A stretch of 64,000 bases of DNA, taken from positions 95,291,917-95,355,916 of the forward strand of contig NC_068982.1 of assembly GCF_001194135.2 (NCBI RefSeq), given 5' to 3'. The translations under genes were made by a program, and so were the position numbers. Under the pieces are notes generated by a model. That model ran no database searches. It saw only the letters and a list, made by a program, of their open reading frames with translations, and was not told where the DNA came from. The DNA comes from Octopus bimaculoides (lineage: Eukaryota). Shown one piece after another: positions 1-12,599 of this stretch. Numbering within the stretch: the stretch's first letter is position 1; each line of letters opens with the position of its first letter.

Positions 1-1488
1 AAACGCAGCATTCCTGGTCTCTACGTCTTGTGTTCGTTCATGCGGAACGACTTGTTGGTCAGTCGCCTTGCCTGCTGTTAGAGGCAAATCGACCACGTGT
101 GAAGGCCTAGCCATATTTCTTTTACGAAATATGGCAAATAAGCCGGAGAAAAATCAAAAACTTTTGGAAATAAACTCCAGAAGGAACCACTTCCTATTAC
201 AAAAACCCAATAGGGTCGAAGTGTATAGACTTATACACCTCTTCCACAAAAAATATTTTAAAACTGCAAAAGTTTTGACATATAAAAGGCCAACTTACTT
301 GCGAGCCGATGTGACTAGCATCCGTCCAGATCAGAGATAGATAGATAGATCAGTCAGACAGATAGATAGCCATGCAGACAGACAGAGACAAACACACAGA
401 GATGTACATATGTATGTGTATATGTATGTATATACGCAAGCAGCGTTTATGTATGTATGTATGTATGCATGCATGTATAAAATGATTCATAAACAGAAAC
501 ATGGAGGAATTAATTTATACTGTAAGGAAGAAACAGAATAGAATTCAAATTATCGGGTTTGGGTCCTTCATCAAGAGACTGAATAAATTAATGCTGATAC
601 TCATCAGAAGACGCCGAGCAACAGTATAAGGTTCCATGTCACACTATGTATGCCGGAAGTAAAAAAAGCTAAATAATATTTCGCTGCATAAAATTTATCC
701 TTATCATGAAAAATAATGCGCTTGAGCTCTGAATCACGTATGAACGATGAATTTTTCTTTGTATATTCATTTAGTGTGCATATGCATTATTTTGTGATAT
801 GGTCTATCTTTGTGTGTATGCGTATGTATGTGTGTATTTGTGTGTAGATAACTATGTAAATCTCCAATAGTTTGAAGTTTCATATTGTAGGTACATGTGA
901 GAAGCTAAGGTTGCTGTCATTTTAGTGATGTATAAATAAAAGTTAGTTTGGTTTCATGTGGAGATAGAAACTGCTTCAATATATTGGTTACATATATATA
1001 TATATATATATCTCCAAAGAATCACCAAAACAACTCGAACAAAAGCACACAATGATTAATGTATACCGTAAGAAATAAACGAAATAGACTTCAACGTTTT
1101 CGGCTGTGGCCTTTTATCAACAGAGAAAATAACTGAATATTCTGAATGATGTCTCAGTAGATTTGGATTATAATCCTTTGTCAAGAAACAGAATAAAAGA
1201 ATAGCATGTAAGATAATGCCTGGCGGAAGTAAAAGTGATGAATGATGATTCTCAGCAGAAAGCATATTCCAGTACGAGATATAGTGGGAGAGTGAAATGA
1301 TGAATGTGCACGTGTTTTTTTTTGTTTTGTTTTTTTGTATGTGTCTTTTGTACTCGCAAGCATTTCATCGGGAATTTATTTAGTCTAATATACTGAATTT
1401 ATAGGCATGCATTGATCCCTATATATGTATACACATACACGCCCACACAAATACACACGAGCACACACGAGCACACACAGGTAGTCAT

Positions 1489-1523
<35 letters not shown>

Positions 1524-2698
1524 TACACACATATTTAGACACATGTATGTATACACATATTATGGGATGTTTTCTCGTAATAACAACGGTTTACACATAC
1601 AGAATAATGTACTTAATACTTCAAGCTGTAGAATGTGTTATGCTATATTTCTTGATGATCAGTTTATACAATAAATTCTGTTAGGTTGTTTCTTAATCTG
1701 TTCGCAATTATTGAATATCACTGTATTCGTCTAAATATGTATTCTTATTCTAGCGTATTGGAGTGGTATGACATGATTTGGAAATTTTCGCTTTGTCGTG
1801 GTCTTACTTTGACTCGCTGTGAAACATCTCGACCTAATTAAATATGCTTGAACGCCTACAAAAACACCCATATCAATGTGCACACACAAATGTTTATAGA
1901 CAGGCACATATAATAAACTTACATATTACCGTTTTCGTTTACACAAATGCTTGGATATAGAAATATGTTTAACACATACGATACGGAAGATGTGAAAGCA
2001 TTGCATGTGGTTGCTACGAATAGATAAGCATATCAGGGATATGGGAATTCAATCGATGAATGTGGGATAAATTTCCTAAAGCTTGCATAACGTTCGCATG
2101 TGTGTATGCGAGCGCGAGCTTTATTTTTGTCTTTACTTTTGATTCGCTTATTGTTGCACACTCACACTGATCTTCTGCATTTTTCCGACGATGATTTGGA
2201 GTACGTAATTCATAGATTTCTTTACACTGGATTACATTACTCTTGGTTTATGTTACATCATTTAATTCCCTAGGAGTACGCTGTTTGTGTACCTTTGACT
2301 GGGTATCATTTTATTTCACTCGTGGCTCTTTCACATTTCTTCTTCCATCCTCACCTTCCTCCTTCTTTTATCTTCTCTCCATCACGCATTCCTGCACCTC
2401 AACCTCATTGCTTTCCTGACTTCGAAAACCACTCACTCTATCTCTTCCACTTCCCATCATTTCAGCCATGTAACAACACACGTGCTTTTCTCGAACTATT
2501 CTTTTTCCTTCTCTCCGGATCTTTTATCTCTCTTCTTTCTAACTAAGAGCCATGCTCGAAATATCACTCGCTATTTTTTCCATCTGAACCTGAGCGTCAA
2601 CCTAATACATTCATTGTGTACGTCTTTCTCACTCTTGATTTTTGTTGTTTCTGTATATATATATTAAAATTGTTTTATCCTACACGGGTAGAAATACT

Positions 2699-2939
2699 GA
2701 AAAAGAAGTTGAAGATGCATTGCGAGTCATTTAGATGGTTCGCTTTTAAAGCCATAAGCGGTTTCACAGACTCTCCGATTTTGAAATATTCAGATAGAAA
2801 ACGTGAAGCTATGCCATAACTGTCTTGTCCCACGTCCTTCTATCTCAAGTATTTTGAAAATCAGTAGGGTCTGTGAAACCGGTTAAGGCTTTAAAAATGA
2901 ACCATCTAAAAGTTTCTCAGTGCATTTTCAACTTCTTTT
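2699..2939. repeat. Fold-back (long imperfect palindrome), MITE-like
   Basis: Left arm 2699-2805 (AAAAGAAGTTGAAGATGCATTG...GGTTTCACAGAC...GATAGAAAACGTG) matches the reverse complement of 2831-2939 (CACGTCCTTCTATC...GTCTGTGAAACC...TGCATTTTCAACTTCTTTT). Arms are about 105 bp with a spacer of about 25 nt. Confidence 0.85.
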
Positions 2940-3135
2940 ATATTTGTATATGTATATATAAATAGAAAAATAAACAAATTTCGGTGACTAACCATATTTC
3001 GTTGTGTTTCCGAGTTTTCCTTGCTTAGGCATGGATATACTGTATGGTTAAGGATATCTCTTCGCAACCACTGCTGTGTAATTTACACATATTACACATG
3101 CACATATACACACATAATCACGTCAGTCCTACACA

Positions 3136-3756
3136 CAAAAAAAATTATAACGGACCAAATAATTAAGTAAATATAATCTACAAATATCGAAATATATTTC
3201 TATATATCTCAAATAATACTGATCTAAATTCGCCTCGGTCGAAGACAATCTTTGGCTATTATATATAATAACATACAACAACAATGTATACATAGGTATC
3301 TGAATAAGTCTTTTATGTAAATTAAGTATCAGGGTCTTAATTTAATCTACATACTGTAATAAAACGTGTAAATAAATATAAATGATAATGTAGTATTATG
3401 CTGGTAATATATAACAACTCTTCTCCTTCATTTAAAGCTATTGATATAAAAAAAATTATCTAAAGTAACAAAAAAATGTTCTTTATTTACTTAGTTTATC
3501 GGAGGGAGAATTCCGTAATAAATACTATATTATCATTTATATTTATTTACACGTTCTATTACAGTCTCTAGATTAAGTTAAGACCCTGATACTTAATTTA
3601 TATACTTATATATTGTTGTTGTATGTTATTATAATAGCCAAAAATTGTCTTCGACCTAGGCGAATTTAGATCAGCATTATTTGAGATATATAGAAATATA
3701 TTTCGATACTTGTAGATTATATTTACTTAATTATTTTGTCCGTTATAATTTTGTTG
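3136..3756. repeat. Long inverted repeat / fold-back element, about 620 bp
   Basis: 3136-3397 (TTATAACGGACCAAATAATTAAG...CTAAATTCGCCTCGGTCGAAGACAAT...AAGTATCAGGGTCTTAA...) is mirrored by 3521-3756 (...TTAAGACCCTGATACTT...ATTGTCTTCGACCTAGGCGAATTTAG...GTCCGTTATAA). The spacer is about 120 nt. Confidence 0.85.
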
Positions 3757-3929
3757 TTTTGTATTGTAATTGTTACGTAGTTGTAAAGTTAATGCTGAAG
3801 CTCATAAACATAGGTATCTGGATTAATCTTTTTTCAATCCAGTCGTCCTTTCACGCGGATTTCCGTCTGTTATGTTATAGTATAAATAAATTATTGGATT
3901 GTCAATGGAATCTGTATTTAATATATTGT

Positions 3930-3966
<37 letters not shown>

Positions 3967-4154
3967 NNNNNNNNNNNNNNNNNNNNNNNNNNNNNNNNNN
4001 NNNNNNNNNNNNNNNNNNNNNNNNNNNNNNNNNNNNNNNNNNNNNNNNNNNNNNNNNNNNNNNNNNNNNNNNNNNNNNNNNNNNNNNNNNNNNNNNNNNN
4101 NNNNNNNNNNNNNNNNNNNNNNNNNNNNNNNNNNNNNNNNNNNNNNNNNNNNNN
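3967..4154. other. Assembly gap within a (CA)n microsatellite
   Basis: Run of N flanked by (CA)n. Other gaps lie at 16857-16954, 18290-18336, 28144-28423, 29571-29699, 50045-50191 and 53178-53535, each with TA/CA/GA repeats on at least one side. Confidence 0.98.
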
Positions 4155-4699
4155 ACACACACACACACACACACATAAATATATATATATATAATTTAGA
4201 GAAGAACCACCAATATACAATTCAAACAATGAAGGAGATCAATCACCATCAAGAAAAGCGTACTCTACAAAATACTAATTTAAAAATCTATAAAATCTAA
4301 AAGAAAAGTATAAAATCCCCCCAAAAAATCTATAAAATACTAGATTAAAATTTAATTCAACATAGTAAATTGATAAAATAGAAGGTAAAGTATTGACTAC
4401 GCGCGTTTCGTGGCCACATTATAACAGAAAAACCAGTACAATTCACAATAAATTCATCAGGATTATATTCTACTCAAAATACAAACACTCATCAGGTTTC
4501 TGGAAAAAATAAGAATTCAAATAGCGTATCTTACTAAATAAATAATAAAAATATCATTACTTGTAGGAAAGATCTTGTTAGTACAATAAATGAAATGTAA
4601 ACGCTTAATACTAATAATTCAAGTTAGATGTATAATTGTTACATGTGGGATGTGAAGGGATGTATCTAAAAGGATTTTAAAAGTTATTTGCTTAACTGA

Positions 4700-5320
4700 T
4701 TTCTAATGGGTTAGGTATGGAGTATGTGTTCCGCCAGGGATGGGTGGTATAAAATTGGTGTAGCTCCAGTCAGTTGGCTGACTTAAGATGCCATGGGTCC
4801 AAGCGGAAAATGACTCTGAGTAGATTGCGTGTTGGGTATGTGCGATAAAGTAGAGGTCGGATAATTCGATAAGTGTAGAGACGAACACGATTTGGCAGAA
4901 GTTAGGTTATGAAATGAGAAAAAGATCAAGATAGCTTGGGGTGTTTGTGTGTTGATGTGGAATACAAGGAGAAAATGAAACAAGATGAGAATAGCAAAGG
5001 TTTGGGCGTCTGCATCAGTAGTATTGGTGCGGAACGGGTGTGAAAACCACGAGCAGTTGTGCGCTTTGATATCGCCACGAATGATGACTTTGGAGAGGAG
5101 GGATGCGGGATGTGTATTCGCAATGCAAGAGGATTGGTCAATGAATGGTCGGAGCTTGGAAGTAACAGGTATATTTCGAAAAATAAGGATAGAAACGTCT
5201 TTCCTTTTCTGAGAAGATAGAAGATGTTACTGTTGAAAGCTAGGTGAGAGAGGTTTGGGTGTTGAAAGGGGTGAGAGACTGAGAGAGTAAAGTCTACATA
5301 TGCGTACTTCCGCATAAGCA
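4700..5320 (-). mobile_element. Degenerate LINE (CR1/Jockey-like) APE endonuclease fragment
   Basis: Minus-strand translation contains KVIIRGDIKAHNCSWFSHP, resembling the GDFNAH..W motif of LINE apurinic endonucleases. Frameshifts and stops are present. Confidence 0.55.
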
Positions 5321-6269
5321 TACAAAATGGAGAATTATGCAGTATGTTTCAAGTTTCAAGTTAAGAGTACCGCTAGAAATAATCTTAGCAATGCCTACTG
5401 AACAATTTTCCTTATTTGTGGTTAGATAAAAAGTCTCTATTTTATTGAGGAAGAACTTGTCTATGTTTTATTCAACATTAAACGAGAAATGGAGTGGCAA
5501 CCAAAATTTCTGAATGTTTCTGTAATATCTTACTATAATTTCTCGAAATTAGAAACACTACCTTTTAGATTAAAATATGAGAAGAGAGTTTATCCTGGTC
5601 AGCTTATATTGTAAGTAGATAGGTCTGGGAACTATGCAACTTGAAGGAAGATAGATCATGTGGTAATACATGGGATCTGGCTGGAGAGATATCCCCCTAT
5701 GTTTGAAAAGAGGGTGTAGAATTAGCAAAGGAATTTCAATCTACAGGGAAGTGTATGGGGTGATGGAGTATGGAAAGGTGACGGAAATTGCTGAATGCTT
5801 GCAATAGAGCGGACTCCATTGAAGGCTGTTATCTGTTTTGTTTTGTATTTCCATATTTTTTACTTTGATTTCACTGGCTTCTTTAGCATTCTTGTTTTTA
5901 TTGGAAAATGGATGGGGTTTACATACGCACACATTATTCAACGGTTAAAAAGTACTCGTGCTTCTAGAGTTGTACCCCTTATCTCACAGACATTATAATC
6001 GGAACCTGACCGCTCTACTTCACCTCTTTTACAATATGCTACATGGAGCTGCAATATATATGCATATGTAAGTATGTGCGTGTATGAATGTGCATGTGTG
6101 TGCATGGATGTGCGTGTGTGTGCATGTGTGTGCCCTTGTAGAGACACAATTACACAGAGTAACTCACACACCCCCTCACACACATACATACAAACATACA
6201 TACATACATACATACATACATACATACATACATACATAGAAATCCCATATACAAAACCTCTTCCCATGA

Positions 6270-7600
6270 CAAAAACCTACTGACCAATTGCATGACAGAA
6301 CATAATGTATAAAATATATACAGCATGTTTAAACCTCTTCCTCCAAAACCATTGTGATATAATAACATCACCACAGTAGAACACATAACCAGCACACATA
6401 ATCTCCACCTGAACAGTGATGTCGACCGCCTCTCCCTACAACGAAAACAAGGCGGTATTAGCTTAACATCAATCCAGACTGCCTTTGACTGTTGCATCAT
6501 ATCCCTTCGGCAACATCTTTTAACCACCAAGTGTCAAAATGCAGCTCATGACCAAGTTTGCATACATGAAGCTGATAACATCATAAGACTTGGAAAGCAG
6601 CTCCTTGGGTAGCATTCCTTGTCTGGTAATTTTAAATACCTGCCACAGATGTTGCACAACTCTACCGCAACATAACAGATGAAAGGATGAGTGTATATGA
6701 GCAGAAGACCATGCATGGATATGTTAGTAGGAAGCTCCGAGATGATAGTACCACTGATCATCAAAGCAGCCTATCATGGACCAACTACCTCCCACTAGGC
6801 ATTTGCAATCCAGGGACAGGAAATATCAACCAACTACATGATACAGAAAAGAGACAGAGACGCAGGAAAAGCAGCAAAATGTGGTAACTGATGCAGACTT
6901 TGTGGAGTTAACACCAAAGATATCGCCTACATCATAAGTAGTTCTCTGAAAATGTCATCCCAGTATCAGCCACTGATAAGACATGATGTTGTAGCTAGGA
7001 CATTGTATAATGAGATCCGTCGGAAGGATAACCCCGAGGCCAAAGAAATAAGAACCCACAGTATGATAGACGCCATAGCCACTCATAATAAAAATAAAAA
7101 TGAGTACTGCTGGAATGTCCCGGTGAAAATCTCAATAAAATGTAAACCTAATATACCTATCATAGTGATTTGGAATAGAGAAGAGAAATTGTGTACAGTC
7201 GTGCAAATCAGCTGCCCAGTGGTTGTTAACATAAAGCTAAAAATCGGCAAAAAAAGAAAATACCTACGCTGAACAATTAATCAATCTACAGTTAGGTCAG
7301 TTCCAATTACAAGTTCAGGTTCATATCTGTAATTATTAGGACACTGGGATAATGTAACACACTGCCTAAATACCAATCTTGAGAAATTAGGCTTCCCAAA
7401 ACCAGAAAGGAGAACGCTGATTCAAAGACTAAAGATCCAAGCCATGACTGGAACTGTAAAGATGTGTAACACTTTCCAGAAGTTTATCATTTAAACATAT
7501 ATGTGCATGTCTAGACTTTCAACTATATGCATGAGAATACAGAAATAAAACAAAACATACAAATTTGCATATATACATACATACAAATATACCATGTTGA
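6270..7600 (+). mobile_element. 5'-truncated, degenerate R4/Dong-like RLE non-LTR retrotransposon (late RT region, zinc knuckle, RLE, 3' UTR)
   Basis: Across frames: HLNSDVDRLSLQRKQGG (the HP.sDV.RLY..R..GGRG motif), AIQGQEI, a CRLC remnant, RHDVVARTLY, a CKPNIPIIVIW...QISCP...NIKLK..K.KY RLE motif and a terminal GTVKMCNTFQKFII*. Confidence 0.85.
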
Positions 7601-8564
7601 TATTGTTGAAATTCAAATGAAGGAGCCTTGCATCTAGGTTAGAAACCGGCTCTTTCTCTGTTGGTAAGAAATTTCGAAATAAAACTGAACAATGACATAC
7701 ATACGAGTTGTCAGCATGCATGCGTGAAAGTATGCATACATGCATGCATGTATGTATGCATACATGTATGTATGTAACTTACTCTTGCTAATGTATTGAC
7801 TTTACGTCTGTCGCATAATTTCGTGTGATAATTTCAAAGAGTATTGCCACAGCATTATATTTAATGTCTGGAGAAACAATTTTGTTTCTCTAACATATCA
7901 CTAATATGTGCTTCCTATCAAGGGACAACTGTCATGTAATTAAACCTGAAATATTCACCCCTTTTATCTTGACATTAAAGTTTCATTAGAAATTTGGGGA
8001 AATTTTATTTGAATTTTCTATTGGTTTTTTATGGTGATTCCGCTAACCTTTTTAAGTCATTATTTTTTTAAAAATTGACGTAACTAATCCTCAAAATATT
8101 TGCTGGAATTGAATTCCTGTTAACAAGCTACGTGTGTGTTCTAATATTTTAAATCCAACTACAAATATAATGGAATCGTCGACGGCTGCAATTCACCCGA
8201 GACAGCAATTAACTGCCAACAAATCATAAAAATATTTTTTTAGAATTAGAAGAGAGTAATTTCATAAAACCGCTTTTTCTGTGCTGGATGGAAAATAAAT
8301 TTTATTTTAAACTTTGAATCTCCATAATCGAAAAATTGTTTGTGGCAAAGCTGGCTATCAAAGAGTTCTTGATTAAATAAATTCTCATATTTATTTTCTC
8401 TCTTGACATCCTCAAACTTACGAGTTCAAATTTCATTGTTGTGATCGAATGTTTCCTAATGTGAGTAATAGTAATATTTGGTGTCCATTTTCTAAGGTAT
8501 TTACGCTTTGATCCTTATTATATAGGAATACGAAAACGCATAAAGGATTCCGATTATTATTTCA

Positions 8565-8730
8565 AATATTCATTCATCTTTTATTTATTTCTTACTTCAT
8601 TCAACTGTCTGCGACTATCCTAGGGCGTCGCCTTTAAAAGTTTAGTCAAACAAATCGATCCCAGTACTTACTTTTATTAAAGTTTGATACTTCATTTATC
8701 TGTCTCTTATGCCGACCGGTAAGTTATGAG
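8565..8730 (-). mobile_element. SINE 3' portion (family also at 22680, 34360, 51945)
   Basis: Similar to the TTACTTGTTTCAGTCATTTGACTGCGGCCATGCTGG...AAATCGACCCCAG.ACTTA segment repeated elsewhere in the window. Confidence 0.6.
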
Positions 8731-8779
8731 GAGTGTAAACAAACACCGCTTGTTAAGCGGAGGAGAGAGGAGGACAACG

Positions 8780-9050
8780 TAAGTGTACGTAATCCGAAAC
8801 CATGTGGTTGCAAAATGGGCTCCCCAATTACACAGCCATAATTGTAGATATCTCTCAAACATTTGTTCGAAACAGCAGTCACATTTCCTTCAAATTGCGC
8901 CCAGCTATTACTTTCTGGTATCACTTTTACATTACCCTCTCGCATTCTATAGTCTTGCCATTTCCACTTTCAATTTGGAGTACTTAGTGATCTTCTCAAC
9001 CCCTTTACCCACAACATTCATGTCATTTGGTATGGTTACATCAGCAGTGC
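8780..9050 (-). mobile_element. RLE non-LTR retrotransposon C-terminal fragment
   Basis: Minus translation DVTIPNDMNVVGKGVEKITKYSKLKVEMARL*..VKVIP matches the D..iP.D.N...K..EK..KY..L RLE signature. Confidence 0.65.
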
Positions 9051-10019
9051 ATGCCATCAAAGTGACACTGGGGTAAAATATACGAAGCCCAGTGTACCCA
9101 ACATGACTACAAGTTTGATAAGGCTACACCAGGCACATACCTCATGACCATATGTGCGAAACATAGTAATCTCATATGAAGATTAACAGCATATGACCTT
9201 GCAGGTGGGGCCCAGTTAAAATTTCCTTCAGCTCGAGTAGCCCGTCCCGCTCAAAACGTCCCTGAATGAGGGATGTTTAAGAATGTAGAACGAAAAACCC
9301 GTATTTCCAAAGAGGAATTATCCAAACTCCAAAGAATTCCTCTCAACACATGGCTATGATGCTCTCCCACTACTTCTGCTCGTGATCAGAGATACACACA
9401 TCGTCAGCCATTAAGGGACATGCTCAACTGGGTATGTCAAACAACTGACAAGCAAATCTGTGGTACTGAGCAGAATATTTGCTGTAGTAATGTTGTCGTT
9501 GTTGCTGCTGTTGTTGTTGCTGCTACTGCTGCTGTTGTTATCATGTTAGTGTTATACCGATTGGAGACATGGATTTATAGCGAGACATTTGAGACATGTC
9601 TTGAAGATCACATCGAAAGTTCAAGAGAAGAACATACTTGTCCTAGAAGAAACGAAAGCTCTTTAATATGAAAGAGATATTATTGTAGCGAAACTTCTGC
9701 TATATGGTTATGTCCAGCGAACGGAAGGAACTTGGTTGCCAAGACAAGTATTTTTACAATTAGTTTAGTTGTAAACGAAACCAGTGTAGATTCTGTGTTA
9801 GATGCTAGGCTGTGGCTAAGCGTAAAATGACATCGTTAACTGATGCTCACAGATGGACCGGAACAGCTAAGGAGAGAACCCAATGAAAAAATAGATTTAT
9901 TTCTGATATTCCACCCAACACGAATCGGAAGATGTCATATGGATCGTTCTTGTTGATTTTCAACCGATTTCTTATGAAGAATATGATATATGTTATTTAC
10001 TTGTATCAGTAAATGTAGA

Positions 10020-10195
10020 TATTGGCTTCAAATTTTGGCACAAGGCCAGCAATTTTGGGAGGAGCGGAAAGCCGATTATATTGCCCTAAACGATGAAATG
10101 CAAAGTTAGCCTCAGCTGAATTCGAACTCAAAACGTAAATGGGGATGAAATGCCGCTAACGGTGTGCTAACGATTCTTCCAGACCGCCATCTTTT
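10020..10195 (-). mobile_element. tRNA-derived SINE (GGCGAGCTGGCAGAA-head family), degenerate
   Basis: CAAATTTTGGCACAAGGCCAGCAATTTT tail and TTCGAACTCA/GCTAACGATTC head, matching copies at 14225, 33765 and 49715. Confidence 0.7.
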
Positions 10196-10427
10196 GTAAA
10201 TATAAATACTGGTATTCAAGCAAAAGTGTAGTGGATGTGTTTGTATATATATCTAGTATGTTGACATATGCTCGAATACACGTAAACACATATATGAATG
10301 TTGAATTATGTCGAACGAATGAAATAACAGTGCTAAATACATATTGTAGATTATATGGATTACTGAAACTGACTTTATAACTCACGACTCGAGTTTCACA
10401 CCACTGTAAACTAGTTCAAGCGACTTC

Positions 10428-10925
10428 TTGCCTGAAGATCACGGTGGTGTGAAACTGGTGTACGAGGATCATTGGTATATTCTTTTGTTTCAGTCGGAAT
10501 CTGCCATGGTTTATTGTAGCCCTAAATTAAAATGTTTTTGTGAGAATATACACAGTATATTATTAGAAAGTGAAACGAAAGAAACACTGAAGTTTGAGAG
10601 TAAGAGCCTGGAGCTTTGGGGATACATAAAATGTGCTGGTTCGAGAAAGTTGGCTAAAATTGACGGTAACTTGAATAGTGCCGAATACATCCAGTTGATG
10701 AAGGACAATTTGATACAAGACTTGAATGAAGGTGAGTTTTTGCAGCATGGCGGAGTTCCATGTCACAGATCGCGGGCAACACAACAGAGTCTCACTGGTG
10801 AAAGTGTTACTGTATTGAAAGTTTGGCCAGCTCAGAGACATGGCTTAAATATCATCGAGCAAATGTGGACAGAACTAAAGAGAAGAGTTCATCAGAAGAA
10901 TCCACGCAATCTTGAAGAGTTGTGA
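10428..10925 (+). mobile_element. Tc1-like transposase catalytic-domain fragment (pseudogene)
   Basis: ORF contains LWGYIKCAGSRKLAKIDGNLNSAEYIQLM...FLQHGGVPCHRSRAT...WPAQRHGLNIIEQMWTELKRR, matching Tc1 DDE motifs (FQQDNAPCH, WP.QSPDLNPIE.LW). The catalytic Asp is decayed and no TIRs were found. Confidence 0.9.
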
Positions 10926-10929
10926 GAGC

Positions 10930-11225
10930 TTAGCTACAGAGAATGGCACTCATACCTGTCCAGATCTATTGACTTCGTATCTCGCTTACAGAAGTCCTTG
11001 AAACGAAGATGACGTCGTCCTTGTGCTCTTGTGCTCTTGCGCCGGTGGCCAATTCGCCATACAGGTGTTCTTTTGAGGTCCTACCGTCCGGCATGCAATA
11101 TACATAACCGAGTCATCACAGACGGCGTTGCTGGTGCAGGGTGAATATGCTTGGTGTCTTGGTGCAGTTGAGAATTTCAGTGTTGGTGATTCGACAGGTC
11201 CACTTGATATTCAAGACACGTCTCA
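10930..11225 (-). mobile_element. RTE-clade LINE RT C-terminal fragment
   Basis: Minus translation LRRVLNIKWTCRITNTEIL...RRL**LGYVYCMPDGRTSKEHLYGELATGARA...GRRHLRFKDFCKRD is a typical RTE 3' end. Confidence 0.85.
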
Positions 11226-12599
11226 GACTGATATATATGCATATATCAGAAGGCTACTGAGACACATCACAGAAACATACATGCTTAAACTATAGAAACA
11301 ATATATCATTGAAGATCTCGTCTTCTTTCACCTCAGAGAATATATGAATCTAAATACATGATATACTGAAGAATGTCAAAGGAATAAATAATTTTTTTCT
11401 CTTTTGTTGCGTAAGCATGTGTAGGTGAATATGTATCACTGTACATATATAAATAGAGTATGAGTCTGTGTTCCTGTGCTCTGGTTATAAATATTGTTCT
11501 GTACATTTAAAATTAGTTGTGAAAGGAAACGACGTCAACGAACGGATGAAGCTGAACTAGAATGTATCACACTCAAGCCTGCCTTCGCGAAGCTTTCAAT
11601 CAAAAGTTAGTCAGCTAGTGACGATATCGCCTTCCGCCTACTACTCTTCCTGAATCAAAACAAAACTAGTTTTCACAAATTTAACACTTTTACAAAAAGT
11701 TAATTACTTGAATTTTCTAAATCGTTGATTTTTATTTCTTATGGGAATTGTTATTTTAGTTTATCAATTAACTCTTTCAGATCAAACCTGAAATGTTTCT
11801 TCATACAAAATAATGTGCGGTGAATTGATTAAAACAGTATAATGTAATCCACTGCAAAAATATACATACGTTACGCTCAGAGTAATCAAAAAGAGCAATA
11901 TCGGGAGTATCCTGTTTTGACGTAACATATCAACTTACAAGTGTATGTGAAACACGATTGTTTAGAAACTTAAGTATCAAGTACCTCTGTTCAGTGTATC
12001 GACAATATTCAGTAAATACAATGTTCTGATTATGATTCAAGCGAAGAGATAATATTACGGATTTGTAGGGTTAAGCCACATTAGGGTGAGGGTTAGGGTT
12101 AGCGTTAGAGATACAAAAGCTTGTTCTAAAATCCACCATCATCAAATATTTAATATAGATATCAACAGGTTAAAATCTTCTATTGGTCAATTCGCATACT
12201 TTATTACAATTGAAAACGCGCGCTAGGAAAATATTTTTGCTTTATGTTGAAAACTCTAAGATAAAACAATTTTAAGTATGGCCAACGAAAGCAGACAACA
12301 AACGATGCCAAACTTTTTCAACTAAAATCGATAAATATGTTCCCGGCTCCTGAAACAAGTCATACTATACAATTGCCTGTACAAACAGAGTTTTAGTAAA
12401 GTCATTTCGTTGTGGTAGTTTCTACTTCTTTGTTTTAGTCACCAGTACAACCACTCAGTGAGATTGCCAATTGATTTGTCTATCACCAATGAACTTTACT
12501 TTACCCCAGCAAGCATTAGGCAACCAAAAGCTTCTATGAAAGCAATTTATTTCTCTACTTTTGAGTTCATTCAGTTAACTTGCTTAATCTAGTACTGAG

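Noticed and set aside
3823-4300. Long ORFs spanning N-gaps (also near 16.8, 18.2, 28.1, 29.5, 50.0 and 53.1 kb)
   Set aside because: Artefacts of N runs and dinucleotide repeats that lack stop codons.
7782-7870. Minus-strand segment with TTTCTCCAG acceptor and GTAAGT donor
   Set aside because: All frames contain a stop before the strong donor, and only a weak alternative donor rescues it.
12082-12110. TTAGGG-like repeats as an interstitial telomere
   Set aside because: Only about four imperfect units; too short to interpret.
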